A stretch of 64,000 nucleotides of DNA from Gammaproteobacteria bacterium. GTDB taxonomy: Bacteria > Pseudomonadota > Gammaproteobacteria > G965277405. Positions 30,909-39,954 of this stretch are shown here, in pieces (position 1 is the stretch's first letter; every line of letters begins with the position of its first letter). The position numbers and the translations under genes were made by a program. The stretch is taken from assembly GCA_965277405.1 (NCBI GenBank), contig OZ255726.1:887128-951127 (forward strand). Direction: 5' to 3'. The notes below the pieces were generated by a model, which did not search any database, was not told the origin of the DNA, and saw only the letters and a program-made list of their open reading frames with translations.

Positions 30909-31152
30909 TTAGTGAAATAGGTCATGCCTTTGATCCATTTCTACTGGTATTTTAATTAGTAAAACTAAGTTATCATTAGACTGTACCTTTTGTATAGAAA
31001 TAAAACACGTCAAACAAACGAAAATCAGTAAACTAGTCAATTTTTTCATTGTTAATCTCTCCATTGTTAATACATATACAAATGGTTGCTGCGTGTACTA
31101 TAGAGGCATATAGTATGCCGCATGATACGCCGACACACCTAAAACATATACC

Positions 31153-31686
31153 ATGAAAGAAGATTTAAATATGGCAGTTGCGATCCTAACTACAGGAGGG
31201 ACAATTGCAAAAATATACGAAAATGGCGACATGATAGATTGTGCTAACGAGAATGTCTCGAATACTATTGGTAATTTACGTTTAGAAGGAACGGAAGTTT
31301 TGATAAATGATATTTTGCACAAAGACTCATTGGACTTTGACGATAACGATAGGCAAATCATGTATACCGCAATACAAGCACAGTTGGCTAATGACAAGAT
31401 AGATGCAATCTTGGTTACGCACGGCACAGATACAATGGTTGTAACGATCAAAAACTACGTTAAACTATTCAGCCATACAGTAGCAAAACCAGTGATTTTC
31501 ACAGGGGCAATGCGCCCACTAGAAGTGCAAAACTCTGATGGTGTGCAAAATATAACAGAAGCATTGTTAGCATGTCGTTTAGTAGCTGCGGGAATATATA
31601 TATCCTTCCACGGCAGGGTGTTGTCATGGCCTGGAATTATTAAGGACTATGAACGCGGAACATTTAAAAAGGCCATTTCTGACTAA
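31153..31686 (+). CDS. L-asparaginase family protein. Only the N-terminal catalytic domain is present, so it is possibly truncated.
   Basis: The asparaginase signatures ILTTGGTIA and VTHGTDTM are present. The 177 aa cover only the N-domain, and the ORF terminates 44 bp before the convergent priA. Confidence 0.55.
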   Translation: MKEDLNMAVAILTTGGTIAKIYENGDMIDCANENVSNTIGNLRLEGTEVLINDILHKDSLDFDDNDRQIMYTAIQAQLANDKIDAILVTHGTDTMVVTIKNYVKLFSHTVAKPVIFTGAMRPLEVQNSDGVQNITEALLACRLVAAGIYISFHGRVLSWPGIIKDYERGTFKKAISD

Positions 31687-31729
31687 ATCGCAGCCATATG
31701 CAACCCGCAACAGCCATATTCAAATGACG

Positions 31730-33943
31730 CTACTGCAGATCAAATGGGTCGACATTAATATGCCAGCGGGTGCGATTCATTGTTGTTGTTGCTGTAATAG
31801 CAATGCATAATTGGCGTAAAATTGCATTGCGCTCACTGTGACTTGGCGCGTTGATAATAATCTGCCAGCGGTAAAATAATTTTATTTTATTGCGTTCTGG
31901 CTGCGACGGAGCAAAAACATAGTGGTGTAGTTGCTGGGGTAGTGCCGCGTGTAGGTTGGTAAAAACATCATGTATACCATCTTGAGCGCGCTTGATATTT
32001 TGGCTTTCAACGCGAAACAATGCCAACTGGCTATACGGGGGTAAGCGTTGTTGCTGGCGAATTGGCAACAATTCTTTGCAAATATTGGCGTAATTATTCG
32101 TGATGATCTGGCTGATGAGGCGGTGGTGAGCCAACGCTGTTTGCAGAATTGCTGTCCCTTGTTTATCGCCACGCCCGACTCTGCCAATGACTTGTAACAG
32201 TTGTTGGCAGGTATGCTCTGGCGCTTTAAAATCCGCAGAAAATAACCCGCCATCAGCCTGCACGATTACAACTAAAGTAATATTATGAAAATCATGCCCT
32301 TTTGACAACATTTGCGTACCAACTAGAATCATCGGTTGTTGTTGATGGACGCGCTTGTATAATTTTCTAAACGCATCTTTACCGCGCATGGTATTGCTAT
32401 CAACACGGACAATATCAACGTCGGCAAAGTAGCGCTGCAGATTATCTTCGATGCGCTGCGAGCCGCTACCAACACTCAATAATGACTTTTGTAAGCAGTT
32501 TGGACATTCCACTGGCATCTGGGTATTATGCCCGCACAGGTGGCAGTGCAGACGTATTGGCAAAGGTTGCTGATGGATGGTTAAATTGGCGTCGCAGTTC
32601 TCACATGTAGCCTGCCAACCGCAGTTCCAGCAATGGAGTGTTGGAGCATACCCTCTGCGGTTAATGTAGATCATGACTTGATTACCCGCAGCGATATGGG
32701 TGCGGATTGCCTGAATTGATGCGGCGTGTAATCCAGCAGAATTTACGCCGTGTTGCGTACTGGTATCCACGCATTGAATAATGGGGGCAAACTTCGCACT
32801 AGGTCGATTGCGTAGCACAACATGTTTAAATCGCTTCGCTGCAATGTTGCGGATAGTTTCTAGGGAAAGTGTTGCGCTACCTAAGACAACAGGAATATTA
32901 AGCAGCTGTGCCCGCTTAATTGCAAGATCGCGGGCATGATAGCGAAAACCATCGTTTTGTTTGAACGACCCATCATGCTCTTCATCGATAATAATGATTC
33001 CTAGATTAGGCAACGGTGTAAACAATGCAGAGCGCGTACCAATGACGAGCCCAGCTTCCGCCAATTGCGCCAATTGCCATTGCTGCAAACGTTGTTGTGG
33101 CTTCATCCCAGAATGCATTTCAATGACGTGTGTATTTAAGCAGGCTTGAAAGCGCGAGACCGTTTGTGGGGTTAGGCCAATTTCAGGGACCAACACCAGT
33201 GCTGTTTTTTGGCGTGCGAGTATTGCGGTTATAGCATGAATATACACATCGGTTTTGCCACTACCGGTGACACCATCAACAGCAACTACGGCAAAGCTTG
33301 CGAACGACTGCTGAATCACTTGCAAGGCATGCTGCTGTTCTGCAGATAATTGTTGGAGTGGCTTGCTAGCTGTTGGTCTAGCTGGCAAAGCAAGAGTTTT
33401 TGTGCTGATATCGAGCAGCCCTCTTGCTGTAAGTGCATTGACCGTGCTGATTGAAATTTTTTGCGCAAGAACGATATGTTCATCAAAAAAGTTAAATTGT
33501 TGGAAGCGTTTAAAAGCTCGCTGCTGCGGCTGAGTGAGCTGTAGTTTGTCGATATTGCTAGCGCTACCTTTGGTAGAAATTGACCAATGTCGCTGGCGTA
33601 AGTCAGGAACCACAGCACTGCGCAAAATGCTTGGTAACGCGCTTGTCAGTACATGCCCAATTGGGCAGAAATAATATGCTGCCGCCCAGCGTAATAACGC
33701 AAACAACTCTTCGCTAATGAGTGGCTGGATATCGAGTAATTGTTTAATTTTCTTGAGTAATGGTGGAGCCAGTGAGCTGCTACTGGCAGCAATGACAATA
33801 CCAACAATCAATTTATTGCTTTTGCCAAAAGGAACGAGCACGCGTGCCCCTGGTAAATATTGGGCTATAGTTGTTGCTGGCGCAGGCAGATAATCGAACG
33901 TTTGAAACAACGCGCTGTCAATTGCAACGGCTATCGTGCGCAT
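31730..33943 (-). CDS. priA: Primosomal protein N' (PriA helicase)
   Basis: A 737-aa protein with Walker A (GVTGSGKT), a DEEH box and a Cys-rich zinc-binding region (CWNCGWQATCENC...CHLCGH...CPNC). Confidence 0.92.
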   Translation of the reverse strand: MRTIAVAIDSALFQTFDYLPAPATTIAQYLPGARVLVPFGKSNKLIVGIVIAASSSSLAPPLLKKIKQLLDIQPLISEELFALLRWAAAYYFCPIGHVLTSALPSILRSAVVPDLRQRHWSISTKGSASNIDKLQLTQPQQRAFKRFQQFNFFDEHIVLAQKISISTVNALTARGLLDISTKTLALPARPTASKPLQQLSAEQQHALQVIQQSFASFAVVAVDGVTGSGKTDVYIHAITAILARQKTALVLVPEIGLTPQTVSRFQACLNTHVIEMHSGMKPQQRLQQWQLAQLAEAGLVIGTRSALFTPLPNLGIIIIDEEHDGSFKQNDGFRYHARDLAIKRAQLLNIPVVLGSATLSLETIRNIAAKRFKHVVLRNRPSAKFAPIIQCVDTSTQHGVNSAGLHAASIQAIRTHIAAGNQVMIYINRRGYAPTLHCWNCGWQATCENCDANLTIHQQPLPIRLHCHLCGHNTQMPVECPNCLQKSLLSVGSGSQRIEDNLQRYFADVDIVRVDSNTMRGKDAFRKLYKRVHQQQPMILVGTQMLSKGHDFHNITLVVIVQADGGLFSADFKAPEHTCQQLLQVIGRVGRGDKQGTAILQTALAHHRLISQIITNNYANICKELLPIRQQQRLPPYSQLALFRVESQNIKRAQDGIHDVFTNLHAALPQQLHHYVFAPSQPERNKIKLFYRWQIIINAPSHSERNAILRQLCIAITATTTMNRTRWHINVDPFDLQ

Positions 33944-33945
33944 CT

Positions 33946-35124
33946 ATGAAGATAAAATGGAATCATACAAATATGACAAACATGCAAATACCGAGCCACC
34001 AGTTGCTGTCATGGGTGCAACGTTTATTATTGGTGTGGCTGATGGTCACGGCAATTATTGTATACAACATTCCTCAGCATATTCTATGGAATAACGAACT
34101 CCTACCCCAAACAGTGATACAAACTGATGTGTTGTTACCACCACAGCAATTTGTCATGCCGCCACCGCCAACAGTCCACGTTCATGCTGCAACTATGGCT
34201 ATTGTCGGCAAACAAATTCTAGCGGCGTGGTTTGGCGGTAGTAGCGAGGGTGGTACAGACGTATCAATTTATGGGTCATGGTTTGATCAACAGGCATTGC
34301 AATGGTCGCCAGTGCAATTACTAGTAAGCAGAGATGATATTGCCGAGCGTGTTGGTCGATACGTAAAAAAACTCGGCAACCCTGTATTGTTTACCGATGC
34401 GCAACATGTGTATCTTGGAGTAGTAGCCGTGTCGTTAGGTGGCTGGTCTGGAAGTTCGATTACCGTGCTAAAAGGAGCTGCCCAACAGCAGCGAATTATC
34501 TGGCAAGAGGGTGGTACGCGTCTGACATTATCACCATTTATCAATGTCAGTACTTTGGTTCGCAACCCTCCTATTGCGCTTACAAGCGGGTGGATATTTC
34601 CTGTTTATCATGAGTTGATAACAACAAGCAGCCAAGCTGTACACCTTAGCGCTGATTTTCATGTCAAAGATAAACAACGCATGGCAACAACAACTTCAGC
34701 ATTACAGCCAGCGTTGACTCAGCATGGCAATAATCAGCTATACGCCTGGTCAAGAAATGGCAGTGATCAGCGACAACGCCATGTTTTAACCAGCCACTAT
34801 CAGCACGGTCGTTGGCAGGCAGGAGCGTCTACAACTATGCGTAACCCGAATTCTGCAGTTGCAGGATTACCGCTCAATGATACCACGGTGTTGCTGGCAG
34901 GAAACGACCAATATGCAACACGAACATCGATAGATTTAGTTGTTATTGATGTATTGAGTGGTGATATGCTTGGAAAACACACTATCGCAACTGGCAAGCG
35001 GTTGGGGTATCCTGCGTTATTGCGTGGTAGTGAAGGAATTATTCATATATTGTATAGCGATAACCGCAGCAAAATTGTTCATCAGCTCTTCAGCACAGCT
35101 TGGGTGGCAACATGGACATCGTAA
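33946..35124 (+). CDS. Membrane-anchored BNR/sialidase-like beta-propeller family protein (uncharacterised)
   Basis: It has an N-terminal TM helix (LLLVWLMVTAIIVY) and repeated beta-strand-rich segments resembling non-viral sialidase/BNR folds. The start is placed just after the priA start; the track start at 33871 overlaps priA. Confidence 0.5.
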   Translation: MKIKWNHTNMTNMQIPSHQLLSWVQRLLLVWLMVTAIIVYNIPQHILWNNELLPQTVIQTDVLLPPQQFVMPPPPTVHVHAATMAIVGKQILAAWFGGSSEGGTDVSIYGSWFDQQALQWSPVQLLVSRDDIAERVGRYVKKLGNPVLFTDAQHVYLGVVAVSLGGWSGSSITVLKGAAQQQRIIWQEGGTRLTLSPFINVSTLVRNPPIALTSGWIFPVYHELITTSSQAVHLSADFHVKDKQRMATTTSALQPALTQHGNNQLYAWSRNGSDQRQRHVLTSHYQHGRWQAGASTTMRNPNSAVAGLPLNDTTVLLAGNDQYATRTSIDLVVIDVLSGDMLGKHTIATGKRLGYPALLRGSEGIIHILYSDNRSKIVHQLFSTAWVATWTS

Positions 35125-35726
35125 TTGCGCACATCTGGTTTTTTATTGTGGTTTTGGCATTTGTCTGGCGGATTATTCGATTGCTGCAGCTGCCGCGTTG
35201 GTTGGTGTTATGTGGAGTTATATTGCTGCCAATACCCGGGTTTCTCGGCTGGTATATCTACGCTGTGATTGGCGATTTGAGCGTATTATCGTTGCTGACG
35301 CTGGTATTCTGGCAGCGACGAACACCCACTGTCAACTTAAGTGTTGCTGTTGCTGTTGCTGTTGCTGGTATAGTGTTGTATGCGAGTACATTAAGCAGCA
35401 GCAATATTGACATATATCGTTGGGGTTTTGTTGCTGCTGAAGTGGCAGGAATCCATCTATTCGCCGGCACGCTGGTATTGATAGCAGCCTATTTACTCTA
35501 CTGCAAGCAACTTGTTGGGGTAGTCAGCCTACTGGTAGCTGTGAATGCGTGGTATTTTAAGATTTTACCAAGCGATAATCTTTGGGACTATGTGGTGGAT
35601 GTTTGGCTGGTGTTGGGGATTATCGCATGGTTACTATACAAAGCAGCAAAAACACTCGCAACACGGCGTTGCTTGATGATTTCAAAGCGCGGTGTTGGTA
35701 GTAATTCAACGGGAGATTCAGCGTAA
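35112..35726 (+). CDS. Hypothetical polytopic membrane protein. It contains the (GTTGCT)x4 repeat and its 3' end overlaps rsmD by about 140 nt.
   Basis: There are six predicted hydrophobic helices. The long convergent overlap with rsmD lowers confidence. Confidence 0.4.
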   Translation: MDIVIAHIWFFIVVLAFVWRIIRLLQLPRWLVLCGVILLPIPGFLGWYIYAVIGDLSVLSLLTLVFWQRRTPTVNLSVAVAVAVAGIVLYASTLSSSNIDIYRWGFVAAEVAGIHLFAGTLVLIAAYLLYCKQLVGVVSLLVAVNAWYFKILPSDNLWDYVVDVWLVLGIIAWLLYKAAKTLATRRCLMISKRGVGSNSTGDSA

Positions 35727-36169
35727 ATTAACATTGGGGTAGCTAGCATGCGCTGATCGATAGTCGCTATGACTGTTGCGGTGTTGATGCGTTGAAACGG
35801 TGGGTCGATAAACATAATGTCAAACTGCAGCGGTTGGGTTCTGATGTAGGCAAACGCGTCGCGTTGTTCGACTGTTATTTTGCCACCATCCACATGGCGC
35901 ATGCACAACTGCGCATTTTTACGCAGATAGCCTGCTTGTAGCTGGCTGGTTTCCATGAATGTGATTTGTTGCACACCCCGCGAATACGCCTCAAAACCCA
36001 GCACTCCAGAGCCTGCAAAGGCATCGAGTGCCGAAACAAGGGTGTATGGTTGCAACCAATTAAACAACATCTCACGGCAGCGCGATGTTGTCGGTCGCAA
36101 TTCTTGGTGTGAGGCGAAGGTTATTTTGCGTCTGCGCAGCTGTCCTGCGATAATTTGAACGGTATTCAC
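35588..36169 (-). CDS. rsmD: 16S rRNA (guanine966-N2)-methyltransferase RsmD
   Basis: The motifs IIAGQLRRRKI...RPTTSRCREMLFNWL...DAFAGSG...FIDPPF are RsmD-like, and the protein is 193 aa. Confidence 0.85.
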   Translation of the reverse strand: MNTVQIIAGQLRRRKITFASHQELRPTTSRCREMLFNWLQPYTLVSALDAFAGSGVLGFEAYSRGVQQITFMETSQLQAGYLRKNAQLCMRHVDGGKITVEQRDAFAYIRTQPLQFDIMFIDPPFQRINTATVIATIDQRMLATPMLIYAESPVELLPTPRFEIIKQRRVASVFAALYSNHAIIPNTSQTSTT

Positions 36170-36885
36170 GCGTTACGAACAAGTGCTTTTAGGCTGTTGA
36201 TGTCGTCTTGGCTAAGCTCAAAAAACTGCTTTGGTTTGACGCTTGGCAACAACATGATTGTACCAAAACGGACGCGAATAAGCCTACTTACTTGGGCGTC
36301 GACTGCCTGCCATAGCCGCCGTACTTGGCGATGCCCTCCGCTTTGTAACACGACATGGAACCAGTGATTCATATTTTCACCTTTGCCTACAGCAATATCG
36401 GTAAACCTGGCGACGCCGTCTTCCAGTTCAATGCCAGTACGCAGTGCTGCTAGCATTGTGTCAGTAATATTTCCGTAAACCCGTACCGCATATTCCCGGT
36501 CAATCTTGTTGGCACGTTTGGTAAGCTGATGGAGTAACATCCCGTCGTTGGTGCAGAGCAATAGTCCTGAAGTATTGACATCCAGTCTGCCGATATATTG
36601 CCAGTGACCATCGTTTATATTAGGCAGGCTACTAAAAATAGACGGCGTATCAGTTCGGCTGCAAAACTCACCAACAGGTTTGTGGTATGCAATAACCCTG
36701 GTGTTAAATCCAGCAGATTTGAGCGCCCCCTTATTGACGATAATCGTATCGTGATGGGTGACAGGTTGACCAATAATTGCTTGTTTCCCATTCACAAAAA
36801 CTAAGCCATTACGGATAAGTTCTTCTGCTTGACGCAGCGAATACTGGCTATTTTTTGCAATGAGTTTATGAATGCGGGTTGCCAT
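36166..36885 (-). CDS. rluB: rRNA pseudouridine synthase with an S4 domain (RsuA/RluB family; RluB is favoured by the scpAB synteny)
   Basis: An S4 domain is followed by the RLDVNTSGLLLCTNDG catalytic motif. It lies immediately downstream of scpB. Confidence 0.7.
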   Translation of the reverse strand: MATRIHKLIAKNSQYSLRQAEELIRNGLVFVNGKQAIIGQPVTHHDTIIVNKGALKSAGFNTRVIAYHKPVGEFCSRTDTPSIFSSLPNINDGHWQYIGRLDVNTSGLLLCTNDGMLLHQLTKRANKIDREYAVRVYGNITDTMLAALRTGIELEDGVARFTDIAVGKGENMNHWFHVVLQSGGHRQVRRLWQAVDAQVSRLIRVRFGTIMLLPSVKPKQFFELSQDDINSLKALVRNA

Positions 36886-37436
36886 TATTGTTGTGGTGTT
36901 TGTTCATACAGCAGTTCGCGTTGTGGCGGCTTAAGTGGCGGTAGATCGTTGACGGACTGCAAGCCAAAATGATCGAGAAATTCTTTAGTTGTGGCTAATA
37001 AGCTAGGCTTGCCTGGTACATCGCGTTGACCGATAACCCGAATCCAGTTATGTTCAAACAGCGTTCTGATAATTGACGAACTTGCCTGAACTCCACGAAT
37101 ATATTCAATTTCACTGCGGGTAATAGGCTGTTTATATGCAATGAGTGCGAGTGTTTCAAGCAATGCTGGTGAATACTTGCTCGGTTTTTCTTGCCACAAT
37201 GTGTGAATCAGTGGTGCAAATTGCTGTTTAATTTGTAATCGCCATCCAGTTGCAACTTCGACAAGATCAAGCGACTGCTGCGCCGTATATGTTTGCTGTA
37301 TGTGTTGCAGCGCAGCAATAATGTCTTCTGCAGTGATACTGGTTGGTAGACAATGTTGAATTGTTGCTATATCCAACGGCTTATCTGCTGCGAACAGCAA
37401 TGCGCTGATCATGTGTGGTAATGCGAGCTTTGCCAT
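36885..37436 (-). CDS. scpB: Segregation and condensation protein B
   Basis: A 183-aa protein with ScpB winged-helix motifs (KQPITRSEIEYIRGV). Confidence 0.85.
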   Translation of the reverse strand: MAKLALPHMISALLFAADKPLDIATIQHCLPTSITAEDIIAALQHIQQTYTAQQSLDLVEVATGWRLQIKQQFAPLIHTLWQEKPSKYSPALLETLALIAYKQPITRSEIEYIRGVQASSSIIRTLFEHNWIRVIGQRDVPGKPSLLATTKEFLDHFGLQSVNDLPPLKPPQRELLYEQTPQQ

Positions 37437-37438
37437 AT

Positions 37439-38224
37439 TTATTGGGTGCGGATGTGCAGTTCATCATATAATTGCGGCTGTATCGCCACAATCGTATTAT
37501 CACGGAGCATTTCGAGTATTGCGACAAAACTTACCACAACACCTGCTAGCCCTTCTTGATGCTCAAAGCATTGTGAGAACGAACAAAATTCCTGTGTAAT
37601 CGCCAGCAATGATTTAATATAACTAATCCTGGTGGTAACTGATAGGACTTGTTGATCAATGACAAATGTCTTACTAAATTGTGCGCGTCTGCTAATAGCT
37701 GCCAGCGCTGCGGTTAATTGCTCGAGTGTCACTGTAGCAATCGCCTTTGGTATTTCTGTATTTATATGAACATTCGCTGGCATGACGTCGCGGTGGTATT
37801 GTGGTATTTCTGCAATTAATGTGGCTGCTTCTTTTATTTGTGAATACGTTTGCAGTCGTTGTAACAACGCTGCGCGCGGGTCTTGTTCCTCGTCATCATC
37901 AAATATTGTTGTTGGCAATAGATAGCGTGATTTTAATTCGGTTAACCACGCAGCCATTGCTAAATAATCAGCAGCTAGCTCTAAATCGAATGCATTCATT
38001 TTGTCAATATACGCAATATATTGATCCGTTATCAATGCCACATTAATGGTGACAATATCGATGTTTTGTTTTTTTGTGAGGTATAGCAGTAAATCAAGAG
38101 GTCCTTCAAATTGTTCTAACAACACCCGCAGTGCATCAGGTGGTATATACAGATCTTTGGGAAATGTATGGATATAGTCATCACCTATTTTAGCAACTGC
38201 TGGCTGAGTCAAAATAGCTTCCAT
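37439..38224 (-). CDS. scpA: Segregation and condensation protein A
   Basis: The motif FEGPLDLLLYLTKKQNIDIVTINVALITDQY is ScpA-like. The protein is 261 aa and lies upstream of scpB. Confidence 0.85.
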   Translation of the reverse strand: MEAILTQPAVAKIGDDYIHTFPKDLYIPPDALRVLLEQFEGPLDLLLYLTKKQNIDIVTINVALITDQYIAYIDKMNAFDLELAADYLAMAAWLTELKSRYLLPTTIFDDDEEQDPRAALLQRLQTYSQIKEAATLIAEIPQYHRDVMPANVHINTEIPKAIATVTLEQLTAALAAISRRAQFSKTFVIDQQVLSVTTRISYIKSLLAITQEFCSFSQCFEHQEGLAGVVVSFVAILEMLRDNTIVAIQPQLYDELHIRTQ

Positions 38225-38256
38225 TATAGCGATTTATTCAAAGTGCTGCGAGATAT

Positions 38257-39951
38257 TCACGGCTGTATGTGCTGTGCATCATCTTGTGTATTCTGTGTGT
38301 CCTTTCCCGCAACGTTATCCAAAGGCTGTATACCTTTTCCTTCAGTTGCAATAACCTCAGCTGATGGAGTATCAGTTGCTATGTCTACACGCGTTGGCAC
38401 TGGCGTATCGTTACTATCATCTTCACCACCTATAGTTTCTAAGATATCCAGCTTAAATTGGACAAATTCGAGGAATTGCTGCCGGCGAATTTTAATATCC
38501 TCATTGCGTTTTGTTTGCATTAAACGGAAGTTATCCAAAGCTGTCACAGTCAGCCGCGCATCCTTGCCATTTCTGGTGCGGACTATGTCGACTTTTACTT
38601 GATCTATCGTCTCCCAGCGGTAGTCACGATCATAATCAAAAAGATTGCCTGCAAGCAATTGTTGGTTGTCAATTGTTTGCCCCAGTTGTTCTGCAATATT
38701 GGTATACAGTCCGCGGTATTGCAGATTTTGTATGTTTCTAAATGTTAATTCGAATTGACTAAATTGATTGTTGTAGGTATACAAAATATTTAGTTCATTT
38801 GAACCTGGCCAAAATGAGAATGAATAATACATATCGCCCCAATTATTCATGTCTTGTGAGCGAACTTTAACGTCAAGAAACCCCAGGTATATTTGCATTG
38901 TCTCCCTATCGATACATTTGATCTTGTGATCAAAAAAAATAGTTAGACCTTTACGAGCACAATAACTATAGCGTTGAATTCTATCTATATCTGTTAACGC
39001 CTGTTCTAATTGTGACTGCTTATATAATTCAAGTGCCATTACTTTGTTGACTGCAATGCCAATCCCAAATTCATAGGCAACACCGAGTTGGTATGCTGCT
39101 GGTTTTGAATGCAACATCGCAGCGCTTTCCAACAACTTGGTAGATTTTTCATAATCTTTGGACAGCCATCTTCCTTCACGGTAATACATGGCCAAACGAA
39201 ACATAGCTGCTGCTGACTGCTGTTCAAGCGCACGTCGATACCAACGAATAGCAAGCTCATGGTCGACTGCAACGTCACGACCTGTGCGGTAACGGTATGC
39301 CAAGTCAAGCTGTGCTGCTAAGCTACCTTGGCGAGCTGAGCGCGTTAACCATATCATACCTTTTTCTATATCGCGAAGATTGTATGCAGCAGATTTTTCG
39401 CTGAGATACACCTTAGCTAGCAATGTGGTTACTGTTTTATTTCCAAGAGCTGCTGCGTAATTGTAATATTCTAATGCTTTGTTTATATCAGTGGCAACAG
39501 TGATGCCAATCTCATAAAACCGGCCTAAATGCTCCAACGCTTTTGCGTCTTTTCGATTGGCAGCTTTGGTATAATACCAGCGTGCCAGTTCGTTGTTGCT
39601 TGCACCAAACTGACCGTTTTCGTACAGTTCTCCAATTCGGCGCAACGCAGGTGCGTAGTTTTGTGCAGCAGCGGCACGATACAACGCAATAGCCTTAGCC
39701 GCATCCTGTGAAACAATATCGTTACCATAATCATATCCCTCAGCAACTGTGAACTGGGCATCGGCATCACCTGCTGCGGCGCGCTCAACCGCTTGCTCAA
39801 ATATAACAGCCGAGTTAAGTGTTGGGGTTTGCGCATCTTCTATTTGCGCAATCTTCGGGGAAAAAGTACAGCTGGATAGCAGTATGCCCACAACAACCAG
39901 TCCATAAAATTGGTTGCGCGTCTGCCGTTGCAATACTATTCGTGCTACCAT
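38257..39951 (-). CDS. Sel1-repeat (SLR) lipoprotein with an uncharacterised ~230-aa C-terminal domain
   Basis: It has a lipobox (LLSSCTF) and about 8 Sel1-like repeats (A..YRRAA.QG...A...LG.MY..G). The C-terminal domain has no similarity I can recognise. Confidence 0.7.
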   Translation of the reverse strand: MVARIVLQRQTRNQFYGLVVVGILLSSCTFSPKIAQIEDAQTPTLNSAVIFEQAVERAAAGDADAQFTVAEGYDYGNDIVSQDAAKAIALYRAAAAQNYAPALRRIGELYENGQFGASNNELARWYYTKAANRKDAKALEHLGRFYEIGITVATDINKALEYYNYAAALGNKTVTTLLAKVYLSEKSAAYNLRDIEKGMIWLTRSARQGSLAAQLDLAYRYRTGRDVAVDHELAIRWYRRALEQQSAAAMFRLAMYYREGRWLSKDYEKSTKLLESAAMLHSKPAAYQLGVAYEFGIGIAVNKVMALELYKQSQLEQALTDIDRIQRYSYCARKGLTIFFDHKIKCIDRETMQIYLGFLDVKVRSQDMNNWGDMYYSFSFWPGSNELNILYTYNNQFSQFELTFRNIQNLQYRGLYTNIAEQLGQTIDNQQLLAGNLFDYDRDYRWETIDQVKVDIVRTRNGKDARLTVTALDNFRLMQTKRNEDIKIRRQQFLEFVQFKLDILETIGGEDDSNDTPVPTRVDIATDTPSAEVIATEGKGIQPLDNVAGKDTQNTQDDAQHIQP

Positions 39952-39954
39952 GTT

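Noticed and set aside
31153-31686. The asparaginase-domain ORF as a GatD-like component compensating for the missing gatAB next to the orphan gatC
   Set aside because: It is 20 kb away from gatC and only 177 aa (N-domain only). Nothing links the two beyond family resemblance.
33871-33945. 5' extension of the BNR-like ORF (track start 33871), and similar long starts for purH (41586), hyuC (4750), yegQ (17437), pnp (20354), fis-like (22795) and ATP-grasp (50218)
   Set aside because: The extensions overlap the neighbouring gene or a MITE and lack RBS support. Internal ATGs with better context were chosen.
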